Positions 1-9,256 of a stretch of 64,000 nucleotides of DNA are shown one piece after another. This DNA comes from an uncultured Gammaproteobacteria bacterium (GTDB taxonomy: Bacteria; Patescibacteriota; Patescibacteriia; Magasanikbacterales; GWA2-37-8). Location: positions 396,830 to 460,829 of the forward strand of contig CAZQUL010000001.1 of assembly GCA_964596525.1 (NCBI GenBank), given 5' to 3'. Numbering within the stretch: position 1 is the first letter of the stretch; the number at the start of each line of letters is the position of its first letter. The notes below the pieces were generated by a model. The model did no database searches. It was not told the DNA's origin and saw nothing but the letters and a program-made list of their open reading frames with translations. The position numbers and the translations under genes were made by a program.

Positions 1-287
1 AACCATACTACGCGCAGCGCTCCGGTCTCGTCGCTCACAAGCGCTTCGGTAACAAGAAGTCGCGAACGGAAACCTCGTTTGTTGGCAATAAGATCGATGC
101 GCGCTTTGACAGTGAGTGGAACGTTTGGCGTAATATTTTTGATGGGCGTCACCTGGCGGAAGTCTTCGTAGCGGCTAGGGACATGCCAAAGCAGGTCTTT
201 AACCGTGGTAAGACCCAGGGTGCGCAGGGCTTGGGCGGCTTTAGTGCCGAGTCGAGGCACTGCGGTGAGGGGAGTGGCAAGGTTCAT
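1..287 (-). CDS. recG: ATP-dependent DNA helicase RecG, N-terminal part (gene runs off the window start)
   Basis: Minus-strand ATG at 285-287. Translation MNLATPLTAVPRLGTKAAQALRTLGLTTVKDLLWHVPSRYEDFRQVTPIKNI... matches the conserved RecG N-terminal wedge region (GxG..LA.LGI.TV.DLL...P.RYED). Not in the ORF track because it is truncated. Confidence 0.55.
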   Translation of the reverse strand, partial: MNLATPLTAVPRLGTKAAQALRTLGLTTVKDLLWHVPSRYEDFRQVTPIKNITPNVPLTVKARIDLIANKRGFRSRLLVTEALVSDETGALRVVW

Positions 288-484
288 AGAGGGGTATTGT
301 ACCGAAGTCGGTGCAGTTTAGAAATCCCAACCGTTGATGTTCCCCTTGTTCATTCGGGCGATATGCTGTCCGCACAGGTGCACTTGACAAGCAGTGCTTT
401 CCTTGGTAGTATACGGAGTCTTGAATGATGCTTGAAAAGGGCTTAAAAAAGGTCTTTTTAAGCGATAATTCAAGGAGAAGTGTC

Positions 485-979
485 ATGGAAACCGCAGCCA
501 GAAGAAGTCGAGGCCAGGATTTCTGCGAAGGTGTGGCGGGTAGAAATGTCTCCCGCACCGTCATTCGACGGAATAGTCAGCCCGCAGCTAGCCCCGCACC
601 CCACGTGCCATCACCTTCGACGGCGCGAACCGGTGGTCGCAGCGAACGTAGCGACAATGAGGCGCCGCCGTATCGCGAAGGTCAGGATAGTCATACACCG
701 CAGACTCTGTGGCGCAAGAAGATTGCTGATCCGCAGATGGATTGGCAGTACAATCCGCCGAGTCTGTTTGGCAGGCTTTTGATGATGAGTGTTGTCGAGC
801 TTGAGCGCCGCTGGTTTGAAGACGCTTCATTCGACGATATTGAAACGGCCTGGACAGATAGGACAGAAGAGGTGGTACGTGATTTTGATCGCCGCAGCCA
901 TCTCACGAACTACCCGATTTATGAGCTGGAGAGTTCTGCTCCCGCTCCACCGCCCGCTCTTTTCGGTAAAGGACGTTGA
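485..979 (+). CDS. hypothetical protein with a low-complexity R/S/P/A-rich N-terminus
   Basis: ORF 425..979. The internal Met METAARR at 485 is preceded by AAGGAG. No recognisable motif. Confidence 0.3.
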   Translation: METAARRSRGQDFCEGVAGRNVSRTVIRRNSQPAASPAPHVPSPSTARTGGRSERSDNEAPPYREGQDSHTPQTLWRKKIADPQMDWQYNPPSLFGRLLMMSVVELERRWFEDASFDDIETAWTDRTEEVVRDFDRRSHLTNYPIYELESSAPAPPPALFGKGR

Positions 980-1059
980 TGATGAAGACAATGAAGTCCG
1001 TCGCCCTCCAGAGGCGTCGATGTACACGGTACCCGACGCCTTTTATAATTTTAAAAACC

Positions 1060-1087
1060 TTGGCAAGACGGGTGGGCATGTTATAAT
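1060..1087 (+). promoter_or_regulatory. sigma70-like promoter for the rpiB-rpe operon
   Basis: TTGGCA, a 16-nt spacer, then TATAAT (1082-1087), about 20 nt upstream of the rpiB ATG. Confidence 0.45.
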
Positions 1088-1108
1088 CCCAGCATCTATC
1101 AACCCTGT

Positions 1109-1561
1109 ATGCTCTACCTTGCCGCCGACCACGCCGGACACGCTCTCAAAAAATATCTTGCCCGCTACCTTGAAAAACAGCTCAAACTCGAGTTCGTCGA
1201 TCTGGGCGCTAAAGAGTACGACAAAGAAGACGATTTTCCGGACTTTGCTTTTGCGTTGGCAAAAAAAGTCGCTGGCGAACCAGGCAGTCTCGGTATTCTT
1301 ATCTGTGGCTCGGGCCAGGGAATGTGCATTGCGGCCAACAAAGTCGCGGGCATACGTGCCATGCTCGGTTACAGTATCGAGTCGGCCGAATGGGGACGCA
1401 AACACGATCATGCCAATGTGCTCTGTTTGGCTGGGCGCGTTTTGAGCGAAGAGCATGCGGTCGCGATCGCCAAAAAATTTATTGAAACCGGCAAAGATGC
1501 TGCCGAAAAGTATGTCCGTCGCGTTCAAAAGATCAGTGATTATGAGAAAAGCGGACTGTAA
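1109..1561 (+). CDS. rpiB: ribose-5-phosphate isomerase B (RpiB/LacAB family)
   Basis: 150 aa. MLYLAADHAGHALK...ICGSGQGMCIAANK...VLCLAGRV is the typical RpiB signature. Confidence 0.85.
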   Translation: MLYLAADHAGHALKKYLARYLEKQLKLEFVDLGAKEYDKEDDFPDFAFALAKKVAGEPGSLGILICGSGQGMCIAANKVAGIRAMLGYSIESAEWGRKHDHANVLCLAGRVLSEEHAVAIAKKFIETGKDAAEKYVRRVQKISDYEKSGL

Positions 1562-1587
1562 TCCGCTGATTTAATCTGTACGCCCAC

Positions 1588-2238
1588 ATGCCGCTTATCA
1601 CACCTGCCATTCTCACCGAATCATTCGATGAATTCGTCGCTCAAGTCCGCCGTTACGAACCGTTTTTTTCATACGCGCAGATCGACGTGATGGATGGAAA
1701 ATTCGTACCATCAGTATCATTTCCGGAACGGATTGAGATTAATGATATAGGCACCGGACTGCGTTTCGAACTTCACCTTATGGTGAACGATCCCTATAAC
1801 GAACTTCTGCGCTGGGGCAACGTGCGCAATGTTTCGCGCGTTTTATTCCATGCTGAAGCGCCCGATGAGCCAGCGAAAGTCATCGAAGAAGTACGGGCGC
1901 GTGGCCTCGAAGTCGGTGTGGTACTTAACCCTGAAACGCCGATATCCGTCATCGAATCTTACGTGGGAGAACTTGACGTGGTGCAGTTTATGACTGTTCA
2001 TCCGGGTCGTCAGGGTGCGCCGTTTGTGCCCGAGGTAGGAGAAAAGATCCGAGCGTTTGCTTCGCGTCCCCGACGGCCACGCGTGAGCGTTGATGGGGGA
2101 GTCAGCCCAACAACGATTGGTGAGCTTACCCGATGGGGTGCGGAGATCGTGAATGTTGGGGGGTTTTTTACTAAAGCAGCAGATATCCCCTTGGCGTTGC
2201 TTGAACTAAGAAAGATCCTTAAAAATCCTAATTCATAG
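1588..2238 (+). CDS. rpe: ribulose-phosphate 3-epimerase
   Basis: 216 aa. IDVMDGKFVP, HLMV and TVHPG motifs are characteristic of Rpe. Located immediately after rpiB. Confidence 0.85.
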   Translation: MPLITPAILTESFDEFVAQVRRYEPFFSYAQIDVMDGKFVPSVSFPERIEINDIGTGLRFELHLMVNDPYNELLRWGNVRNVSRVLFHAEAPDEPAKVIEEVRARGLEVGVVLNPETPISVIESYVGELDVVQFMTVHPGRQGAPFVPEVGEKIRAFASRPRRPRVSVDGGVSPTTIGELTRWGAEIVNVGGFFTKAADIPLALLELRKILKNPNS

Positions 2239-2239
2239 T

Positions 2240-3010
2240 ATGAGAACCCCTGATTCATTTCAGCCGCGTCCTGTTGAATCAGAACCGCAAGAGCTGCCTG
2301 CATCGCCTGCGGAAACTTCCTCGAGCGAGGCGGAATGGCAGATGGTCGAGAAATATAAACAGATGGTGAAAGAGCATCACGATTTAACTTACAAAATTAA
2401 AAACTTAACGACCCGATCATACGATCAGCGTGCTCAAAATAAAATTGCTGCCATCGATTCAGAACGCCATACCCTACACCTCCGTATTGTTGGTTTGGCA
2501 AAGAAAATGGGTAAAAACGAAAGCGATATTATCGTTGATCTGGTACGAGAACAAAGAACGCTCGAGGAATACGGCCTGCCGGAATTTTCGATTCTGAGCG
2601 ATGCTGACGTTATCGGAGATGAGGACGTTCTACCGCGCGGGCATTTTTTGATGGTTTTTGACGTCCAGCAGGTATACGCCTATAGTGATTGGGAGCCGCA
2701 TGTGGATTACGCGATCCGAAGCCGGCGGGCTCAGGCTTTGGCAGACGAGCTCAAGGCCTCTTTCTTTCGTAATCAGCCAATGAAATTCCACACCGGAGAA
2801 ACCGTTATGATCGGCGTCATTATTCCTGATGAGGATTTTCAGAAAGCGTGCAGTACCATTCGAGATAATCCGAAAAAGTTCAGACTCAAAGAAGAATTTT
2901 ATGGTGCGGATGAGCTAAAAATTATTCAACGCGCTAAGGAAGAGCGAGAGAAGCGTAGTAAAGAAGAAGAAAAGGAGTATAAAGACAGCTACGATGGCTG
3001 GAACGAGTAA
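2240..3010 (+). CDS. hypothetical protein (charged, coiled-coil-like)
   Basis: 256-aa ORF packed tightly after rpe. No recognised motif. KE-rich C-terminus. Confidence 0.5.
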   Translation: MRTPDSFQPRPVESEPQELPASPAETSSSEAEWQMVEKYKQMVKEHHDLTYKIKNLTTRSYDQRAQNKIAAIDSERHTLHLRIVGLAKKMGKNESDIIVDLVREQRTLEEYGLPEFSILSDADVIGDEDVLPRGHFLMVFDVQQVYAYSDWEPHVDYAIRSRRAQALADELKASFFRNQPMKFHTGETVMIGVIIPDEDFQKACSTIRDNPKKFRLKEEFYGADELKIIQRAKEEREKRSKEEEKEYKDSYDGWNE

Positions 3011-3054
3011 TAAGCCCCGCTGTCCATCACACTAATTTCCAATTCCGAAAATTT

Positions 3055-4005
3055 ATGTTCGACCTCATTATCATCGGCGGCGCGGCCGTCGGTTCATCGG
3101 CAGCGATTTACGCAGCGCGGCGTAAACTTAATTTCAAAATGGTTACGAAAGATTTAGGCGGCGAAGTAGCGCTTTCCGGCGTCGTGGAAAACTGGCCGGG
3201 TATTATTTCCACGCAGGGGTTTGAGCTTGCGGCCCAATTCACCAAGCACGTGCAATCCTACGGCGTCGATATCGACAATGGCTGGGGTGTAGAAAGCATC
3301 CGCCAAGAAAAAAATTACCATATCGTCGTGGCTAAAAACGCAAAGGGTGAAACGCGCGAATACGTTACTAAAAGCGTCATTATCGGGAGCGGTATCCACC
3401 CGCGCCACCTCAACATTCCGGGCGAAGCGGAATTCATGCACAAAGGCGTTACCTACTGCACGGTGTGCGACGGTCCGCTCTACAAAAATAAAATTACGGC
3501 CACGGTGGGTGCCGGCAACAGCGCGCTCGAATCCGCGCTCATGATGGCTGGTATTGCGCAAAAAGTGTACGTGCTCACCAAATATCCCAATACCAAAGAA
3601 GCTGGGTTCGGCTTTCCCAAAGGAGAAAACGTGCTCGTCGACAAGCTTAAGACTATGGGCAACGTAGAAATCATCTATGAAGCACAGACCGAAGCGATCC
3701 TTGGCGACAAAAAAGTGAGCGGTTTGCGCTACAAAATCCAGGGCGAAACCAACGAACTCATTCTCGACGGCGTGATGGTGCATGTGGGTATGATTCCTAA
3801 CTCGCAGTTCGCGGTCGGACTCGATAAAAACGCGGCCGGAGAAATAATCACCGACAAGCGCTGCCGCACCACTATCCCGGGAATTTTCGCTGCTGGCGAC
3901 GTGAGTGATATTCCCTATAAACAAATCGGCATCGCGGCCGGCGAAGGCATTGTTGCCGCGCTCTCGGCCATCGAATATCTTAATCGGTGGCAAGAAGCCT
4001 CCTAA
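3055..4005 (+). CDS. trxB: thioredoxin-disulfide reductase
   Basis: 316 aa. N-terminal FAD motif IIGGAAVGSSAAIYAARR, redox-active CTVCDG, second NAD(P)H Rossmann motif VGAGNSALE. Confidence 0.85.
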   Translation: MFDLIIIGGAAVGSSAAIYAARRKLNFKMVTKDLGGEVALSGVVENWPGIISTQGFELAAQFTKHVQSYGVDIDNGWGVESIRQEKNYHIVVAKNAKGETREYVTKSVIIGSGIHPRHLNIPGEAEFMHKGVTYCTVCDGPLYKNKITATVGAGNSALESALMMAGIAQKVYVLTKYPNTKEAGFGFPKGENVLVDKLKTMGNVEIIYEAQTEAILGDKKVSGLRYKIQGETNELILDGVMVHVGMIPNSQFAVGLDKNAAGEIITDKRCRTTIPGIFAAGDVSDIPYKQIGIAAGEGIVAALSAIEYLNRWQEAS

Positions 4006-4262
4006 GCATTAACTATCCGCCTATGCTCGAGATCGTGGCTAAACTCCTGGGCATCATTGGACTCTTGGTGGTCACGCGCGGCATCTTCGTGCGCGCACGG
4101 CGCACGCAGTGTCTTATTTTCGCGCTGGGCGGGTGCTTTCTCATCTTGTACAGTGCGTATCTGCGCGATACGGTGTTCATCCTCCTGCAACTCGTCTTTA
4201 TTGTTTCAAGCGTGTACGAATGGCGCGTTCTCGCCCGTCGTCCGCCGTCATCGCCTTCATAA
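3987..4262 (+). CDS. small membrane protein, paralog 1 (start may be Met at 4023)
   Basis: Two predicted TM helices. Similar to the following ORF (LGGCFLILYSAY...LQLVFIVSSVYEW versus LGGSCLLVFALL...LFTLASLIEFVSIL). Confidence 0.4.
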   Translation: MARSLLSINYPPMLEIVAKLLGIIGLLVVTRGIFVRARRTQCLIFALGGCFLILYSAYLRDTVFILLQLVFIVSSVYEWRVLARRPPSSPS

Positions 4263-4264
4263 GT

Positions 4265-4549
4265 ATGTTTGACTATTTCTTTGTTACGGTACCTTCCCTT
4301 ACGCTACCGGAAATCATTATCCATGTGGTCGGAATGCTGGGAGCGATTCTTTCTGCCTACGGTGTTTTTTTGGAAGAGGAAAAACGCCAGGATGCGGTTT
4401 TTTTGCTCGGCGGATCATGCCTCTTGGTATTCGCTCTGCTCGTCAAAAGTTACATTTTCATCATTGCTAGCGGACTTTTTACGCTCGCGAGTCTCATCGA
4501 ATTCGTTTCTATTCTGCGCGGCCGCCATCATCACCATCCGATGGCGTAA
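4265..4549 (+). CDS. small membrane protein, paralog 2 (His-rich C-terminus RGRHHHHPMA)
   Basis: Internal Met of ORF 4109..4549. Hydrophobic helices. Tandem duplicate of the previous gene. Confidence 0.4.
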   Translation: MFDYFFVTVPSLTLPEIIIHVVGMLGAILSAYGVFLEEEKRQDAVFLLGGSCLLVFALLVKSYIFIIASGLFTLASLIEFVSILRGRHHHHPMA

Positions 4550-4567
4550 GCCTTCTTTGTTTTTTGT

Positions 4568-5560
4568 ATGCTCGATCTTTTGGCTATCGGCGATCCCGTC
4601 ATTGATACGCACGTACAACTCGATGAATCAAGTGTGGATTGCTATGTCGACGAAATTAATCCAACTAAGCTGTGTTTAAGTTACGGTGAAAAAATTCCCA
4701 TCGTCGATAGTTTTCAGAGTTTGGGTGGTAATGCGCCTAACGTAGCGGTGGCGGCCGCAACACTCGGACTCTCGAGCGCGCTGATTGCTACCATTGGACG
4801 CGATGTGCACGGCGAAATGGCTATAGCCGAACTGCGGCGACATGGCGTTAACGTGGATATGGTGAGTCACGACGACAAGCATCCGACGCGCTATTCTATC
4901 ATTCTCAACTACCGTGCCGAACGGACTGTACTGTCATATTCGACTGAAAAAAATTATCAGTGGCCCGACCATGTACCGAGTGCTGCGTACGTGTATTACA
5001 CAGGACTCAGTAAAGGCTTCGAGGTGCTCCAAGATCATCTTGTAGAATATTTGGCTACCCATCAGACGACAGAACTCGTCATTAATCCGGGTTCGTATAT
5101 CATGAAATACGCTAAGGAAAAATTACTGGAACTTTTACCTCGCACCGATATCCTTATCGTCAACAAAGAAGAAGCCGAAGCGCTTTCCGGCACCACCTGG
5201 CAGCGAGAAAAAAGTTACACTGCGCTCATGCATAAGCTTCTGGCTTATGGTGTGCGTGAAGTGGTTTTGACGGACGGAAAAAAAGGCTCGTGGGTTGCGA
5301 CTATGGACGAAGTGTGGCATCAAAGTGCGTTTCCCATCGATGTGGTGGCTAAGACCGGCGCTGGAGATGCATTTTCGGCAGCGTATCTCGCAGCCCGCCG
5401 ATCGGGACACGCCCCTTCCGAAGCGATTCGTTGGGGTACGGCCAACAGTACGGCTGTTATCGCCGAGCATGGGCCGCACCGCGGATTGCTTAGTCGTTCC
5501 ACTCTAGAGCAGAGTCTTACGCGCTTTAAAGATATTAAACCGGAAGCAGTGGTTGAATAA
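4568..5560 (+). CDS. PfkB-family carbohydrate/nucleoside kinase (ribokinase-like)
   Basis: 330 aa. N-terminal GDPVIDT, C-terminal TGAGDAFSAAYL anion-hole motif of the ribokinase family. Clustered with rpiB and rpe. Confidence 0.75.
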   Translation: MLDLLAIGDPVIDTHVQLDESSVDCYVDEINPTKLCLSYGEKIPIVDSFQSLGGNAPNVAVAAATLGLSSALIATIGRDVHGEMAIAELRRHGVNVDMVSHDDKHPTRYSIILNYRAERTVLSYSTEKNYQWPDHVPSAAYVYYTGLSKGFEVLQDHLVEYLATHQTTELVINPGSYIMKYAKEKLLELLPRTDILIVNKEEAEALSGTTWQREKSYTALMHKLLAYGVREVVLTDGKKGSWVATMDEVWHQSAFPIDVVAKTGAGDAFSAAYLAARRSGHAPSEAIRWGTANSTAVIAEHGPHRGLLSRSTLEQSLTRFKDIKPEAVVE

Positions 5561-5592
5561 TGCAAAAACCCCCGAATAAGGGGGTTGGTGTT

Positions 5593-6192
5593 TTAGGGAA
5601 GCTTGCGGTGCGGAAGGGCGCAGGCGGCGAGGCGCCAGTGGTGCGCGCGGTCGACGAACGAATTTGCATCGAGCGTGTCAATGAATCCAGCTGCTGCCAT
5701 GGCAGATCGGTAGCAACGGAGCGCGCGCAGATCTTTTTCCTGGACTTCTTCCGTATTACCGGTCAGGCTGTGAGCCGTATCAACGATATCGATACTGCAC
5801 CCATCAAGGTGCGGATGCTTATCAGGGTGGGTGTTGGTATGGAGGGAAAATGCTCCGGTATCTTCAGTACAGTATGCCTGCCGGGCTTCGGCCCATGTGA
5901 CGATACCGCGCACCACCTTGAGCGTAGTGGTGTTGCAGGTCGTATCCATGATCTGCCGCGCGGTACGCAGGGCCAGAAAAACGCCGGTGTTGACCTGAGC
6001 CCCCTTGTACATGCCCAGGGTGCCTTCTTCCGGGTATTCGTACGGTTCGATCGGCGGTAGCCAGAGCTCCTGCACCTTGGTGCCTTGCTGACACAAGAGC
6101 TCGCGGTTGCTTCGGTCGTGAAAGGGGTTGCTGGTGACGCAGCCTGCCAAAAGGCTGCAAAAAAGAGCGAATGTCGGTATTCTCAGGTGCAT
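5593..6192 (-). CDS. lipoprotein, peptidase M15 (D-Ala-D-Ala carboxypeptidase / hedgehog-like) family candidate
   Basis: Start MHLRIPTFALFCSLLAGC (lipobox) preceded by GGAGGAG. HLDGCSIDIV resembles the HxxGxAxD zinc motif. C-terminal AHHWRL resembles the second His motif of VanY-like enzymes. Confidence 0.4.
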   Translation of the reverse strand: MHLRIPTFALFCSLLAGCVTSNPFHDRSNRELLCQQGTKVQELWLPPIEPYEYPEEGTLGMYKGAQVNTGVFLALRTARQIMDTTCNTTTLKVVRGIVTWAEARQAYCTEDTGAFSLHTNTHPDKHPHLDGCSIDIVDTAHSLTGNTEEVQEKDLRALRCYRSAMAAAGFIDTLDANSFVDRAHHWRLAACALPHRKLP

Positions 6193-6336
6193 GGGCATCT
6201 CCTCCGGGAACTTGAGATGGGATTGGTGTACCATATGTTTATGGTGCAGTCAACGGTATCTCGTGATGGTCTTTGTGGGATGTAGAAAGTGGTGTTACAG
6301 TATGCGCAGCAATTGTTTATGTCGTGTTTATAGCAT

Positions 6337-7713
6337 ATGGTATTTCCTGATCATATTTTTAAAGCGTACGATATCCGCGGATTGGTAGAAGGGGAATTGT
6401 CCGTCGATCTTGCATATCGTATCGGACGCGCGTTCGTGATTTTTTTGCGTGGAAGCAATCAGTTGCGTGCTGAACATAAGATTATTGTCGGCCGTGACAT
6501 GCGGCCAAGCAGCGTGCCGTTTGAAGAGGCTGTCGTGCGTGGCATCGTTGATGAAGGGGTGAATGTGGTGCGTGTCGGGCTCGTCACAACACCACTTTTT
6601 AATTTTGCGGTCACATCCTCGTCTGCACATGCCGGGGGTATCATGATTACCGCTAGCCATAATCCGGCAGCGTATAATGGGTTCAAGCTTACGCTTGCAA
6701 ACGGTTTACCGATCGGCCGCCTGAGCGGCATGGCTGAGCTGAAAGAACTGGTGCAAGGGCCTATGGCCGACCCAACCGGTGTGGCAGGGACCGTGGAAAC
6801 GAGCGATCCGCTTAAAGCATACTTTGCTAAGATTTTTTCGTTCGTGAATCCTCGTGGTCTGCGGCCATTAAAGGTCGTCATCGACGCTGGTAATGGCATG
6901 GCTGCCGCCACATTTCCAGCGCTCGTACGTGAACTGCCGGGTACCTACGAATTTTTATTTATCGAACCAGATGGCACATTTCCCAACCACGAAGCTAATC
7001 CGCTTAAAACCGAAACGCTCGCCGCATTACGTCGGCGAGTAGTGGAAACCAAAGCTGATTTCGGCTTTGCGCTTGATGGCGATGCTGATCGCATCGGTTT
7101 GGTTGACGAACGGGGCGAGGTGGTGGATCCGTCATTCGTTGCTGGGCTCATTGGTCTTGAAGTGCTGCGCGATCATCCGGGCGCTAAGATGTGGTACGAC
7201 GTGCGTATAAGCCATGCGGTTAAAGAGGTGTGGGAAGAGCACGGTGCGCAAACAGAGGTCTGTCCGGTTGGCCATGCGCTCGTCAAAAAACTGCTTAAAG
7301 AACAGGGTGGAGCGTACGCTGCAGAGCTTTCACTGCATCAGTATTTTCATGATATGAACGATGTGGAATCAACGGATCTATCATTTTTATATACGCTGCG
7401 CGCTCTGACGCGTGAAAACCGTCCGCTCAGTGAGGTGGTAACGCTCTTTAAACGTTACCATCATTCCGGCGAAGTAAATTTCGAAGTGCACGCCAAGGAA
7501 GCAGCGCTTAAGCGCTTGCGCGAACGTTTTGGTGCTGAGGCCTCTGCCACAGCCGAGCTTGACGGGCTATCGTTTTATTTTCCGTGGGGCTGGTTTAATG
7601 TGCGCTCAAGTAATACGGAACCGCTGCTTCGCCTCAATCTTGAAACGTATGTTGCTGATGATCTTGAATCGCGCCGTGCCGAAATTATCGCACTTATTAA
7701 TAGCGCCGAATAA
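6337..7713 (+). CDS. phosphomannomutase/phosphoglucomutase
   Basis: 458 aa. Active-site TASHNPAAYNGFK, Mg loop DGDADR. All four alpha-D-phosphohexomutase domains recognisable. Confidence 0.85.
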   Translation: MVFPDHIFKAYDIRGLVEGELSVDLAYRIGRAFVIFLRGSNQLRAEHKIIVGRDMRPSSVPFEEAVVRGIVDEGVNVVRVGLVTTPLFNFAVTSSSAHAGGIMITASHNPAAYNGFKLTLANGLPIGRLSGMAELKELVQGPMADPTGVAGTVETSDPLKAYFAKIFSFVNPRGLRPLKVVIDAGNGMAAATFPALVRELPGTYEFLFIEPDGTFPNHEANPLKTETLAALRRRVVETKADFGFALDGDADRIGLVDERGEVVDPSFVAGLIGLEVLRDHPGAKMWYDVRISHAVKEVWEEHGAQTEVCPVGHALVKKLLKEQGGAYAAELSLHQYFHDMNDVESTDLSFLYTLRALTRENRPLSEVVTLFKRYHHSGEVNFEVHAKEAALKRLRERFGAEASATAELDGLSFYFPWGWFNVRSSNTEPLLRLNLETYVADDLESRRAEIIALINSAE

Positions 7714-7730
7714 ACTACCGAAATGAGAAG

Positions 7731-7762
7731 ATTGCAGTTCTTTCTGCGCACGTGTGGTATAC
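7731..7762 (+). promoter_or_regulatory. possible promoter (TTGCAG ... TGgTATACT extended -10)
   Basis: The spacer is long (20 nt), so weak. Confidence 0.25.
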
Positions 7763-7772
7763 TATAGGACAT

Positions 7773-8516
7773 ATGCAAGCTACGCTTGATGTGTTTCGTT
7801 ACTTTTTTAATCATTTGCCGCCCCTGGTGCCGGATATGATTAAAAAAAACATGTACGAAGCACTAGAACATTTTACCGAGCGGCCAGACACCACGCGCGA
7901 AGAAGTGGAGCGCGTGATGATTTCATTTGGGTACGAGATCTGGCCCTATAACCAGGCATTCCGCGAAGTTCTCACCCGTGTCGAGCGCGATATGGGTGAG
8001 AAATTTTTGGTTCCCAAATTATCCATCCCGCTGCAGCAGAAGTATGCGGATTTTAAAGCAGCTGGTGGCAAGCTCGAGGATTTACACCGCGGATCGTCGG
8101 CACAATTTTTTTCTTCCGAAGAGCGGGTAGAGCTCTGCCAAGCTCTTGTTGAGATGCAGCAGGGGCTTTCTGCTTTTGCTCGGCAGGAAGTTATGGGCGC
8201 AGGAGAAAAGCATTTTAAAGAGCGCGTCGCCTACTATAAAGCTATCATCGCGACGATCAAAGGCCATCTTGACGAACTGCGCGACGTGGCTGATCTCGAA
8301 GAAGAGCATCCGGCGCTCTCTACCGATATTCGGTCTCATATCCGCTCCTTTGAAGAAGGCCTGTGCCTTTTAGGTGGTGAATTGAGCTATACGGCCGTGT
8401 GCGAGACGGTAGAGTACTATAAAGGCCGCAAAGACCATTACCGGCATTTCAAGCATCTGTACACGCCACAGACAGTGGCATATTTCCCGGCAAATATTCC
8501 GATGCCTGATGTGTAA
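7773..8516 (+). CDS. hypothetical protein
   Basis: ORF 7752..8516, likely start MQATLDVF. No recognisable motif. Confidence 0.45.
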   Translation: MQATLDVFRYFFNHLPPLVPDMIKKNMYEALEHFTERPDTTREEVERVMISFGYEIWPYNQAFREVLTRVERDMGEKFLVPKLSIPLQQKYADFKAAGGKLEDLHRGSSAQFFSSEERVELCQALVEMQQGLSAFARQEVMGAGEKHFKERVAYYKAIIATIKGHLDELRDVADLEEEHPALSTDIRSHIRSFEEGLCLLGGELSYTAVCETVEYYKGRKDHYRHFKHLYTPQTVAYFPANIPMPDV

Positions 8517-8535
8517 TTTGGCTCTGTAGAGCCAC

Positions 8536-8564
8536 TTGACAACATTTTTTTACTCGATTATATA
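8536..8564 (+). promoter_or_regulatory. near-consensus sigma70 promoter: TTGACA, 17 nt, TATATA
   Basis: Read directly from sequence. 37 nt upstream of the ATG at 8601. Confidence 0.55.
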
Positions 8565-8600
8565 GTATATATATTTGTTAAATTTTAAGTAGCGTGTGCT

Positions 8601-8756
8601 ATGATCACTACGTTTACCGATGACGTCATGGAAAATGACGAAGAGATGGCCGACGGAGAAGAAAAACTCGACGGCGAAGAAGGTGAAGATGGAGAAGAAG
8701 TGGATGGTCCGGGTTGGGGAACCGGCACCGAAGAGAGCGATGACGAAACCATGTAG
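8601..8756 (+). CDS. 51-aa highly acidic small protein (MITTFTDDVMENDEEMADGEEKLDGEEGEDGEEVDGPGWGTGTEESDDETM)
   Basis: Below the ORF-track length cut-off. Framed by a consensus promoter and a strong intrinsic terminator. Confidence 0.45.
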   Translation: MITTFTDDVMENDEEMADGEEKLDGEEGEDGEEVDGPGWGTGTEESDDETM

Positions 8757-8770
8757 TTCGTATCATACCA

Positions 8771-8812
8771 AAAAACAACACCTCGATATGATCGGGGTGT
8801 TGTTTTATTTTG
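8771..8812. terminator. bidirectional intrinsic terminator (AAAAACAACACC / GGTGTTGTTTTATTTT hairpin)
   Basis: Perfect 9-12 bp stem followed by a T-run on the + strand, with an A-run preceding it. Lies between convergent genes. Confidence 0.6.
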
Positions 8813-8816
8813 TAAG

Positions 8817-9194
8817 TTATTTATAGCGGCGGCGCGGACGATCAGAAGAAAAATCACTGTCATCGCCTTCTACCGTAGGCGACATTTTGGTGCTACTGCG
8901 CGATGAGCGGTTTTTGAGCCAGTCAAAGAAGCTGTTCTTGATGAATTCGTGAAACCATTCCGAAGCTTTACCGCTCCAGACCTGAAACGTCTGGTATGCG
9001 TCGAAGATTTTTTCTCCAGCTTCACCGGCGAGCGCCGAGAGCTCGAGTGTGCGTTTTTTTACCTCAGTTGTTATTTCGTTTACGTCTTTGAGAACGCGGA
9101 CTAAGTGGTAGATGAGTACCGAAAGCCCGACGGTAAGAATGAAAACCGCAAAAGAAAGTACGAGGTAAAGAAGATCAAGAGGAGTAAAGAACAT
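8817..9194 (-). CDS. DUF948-like membrane-anchored protein
   Basis: 125 aa. Single N-terminal TM helix then a charged helical region. Pattern typical of the DUF948 general-stress family. Confidence 0.4.
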   Translation of the reverse strand: MFFTPLDLLYLVLSFAVFILTVGLSVLIYHLVRVLKDVNEITTEVKKRTLELSALAGEAGEKIFDAYQTFQVWSGKASEWFHEFIKNSFFDWLKNRSSRSSTKMSPTVEGDDSDFSSDRPRRRYK

Positions 9195-9256
9195 ACGCTA
9201 GCTGTTTAAGAATTACCTAGCTATAGTATCTCACACCGCAGAATGCCGGGCAATAT

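Noticed and set aside
3154-3993. 279-aa minus-strand ORF antisense to trxB
   Set aside because: It overlaps a gene with unmistakable TrxB motifs, and the translation is low-complexity. Typical antisense ORF in GC-rich DNA. The same applies to 35323..36765 (antisense to ileS), 9293..10003 and 11163..11705 (antisense to pheT), 24282..25091 (antisense to capA), 55580..56407 (antisense to dnaE), 26587..27171 and 46558..47466.
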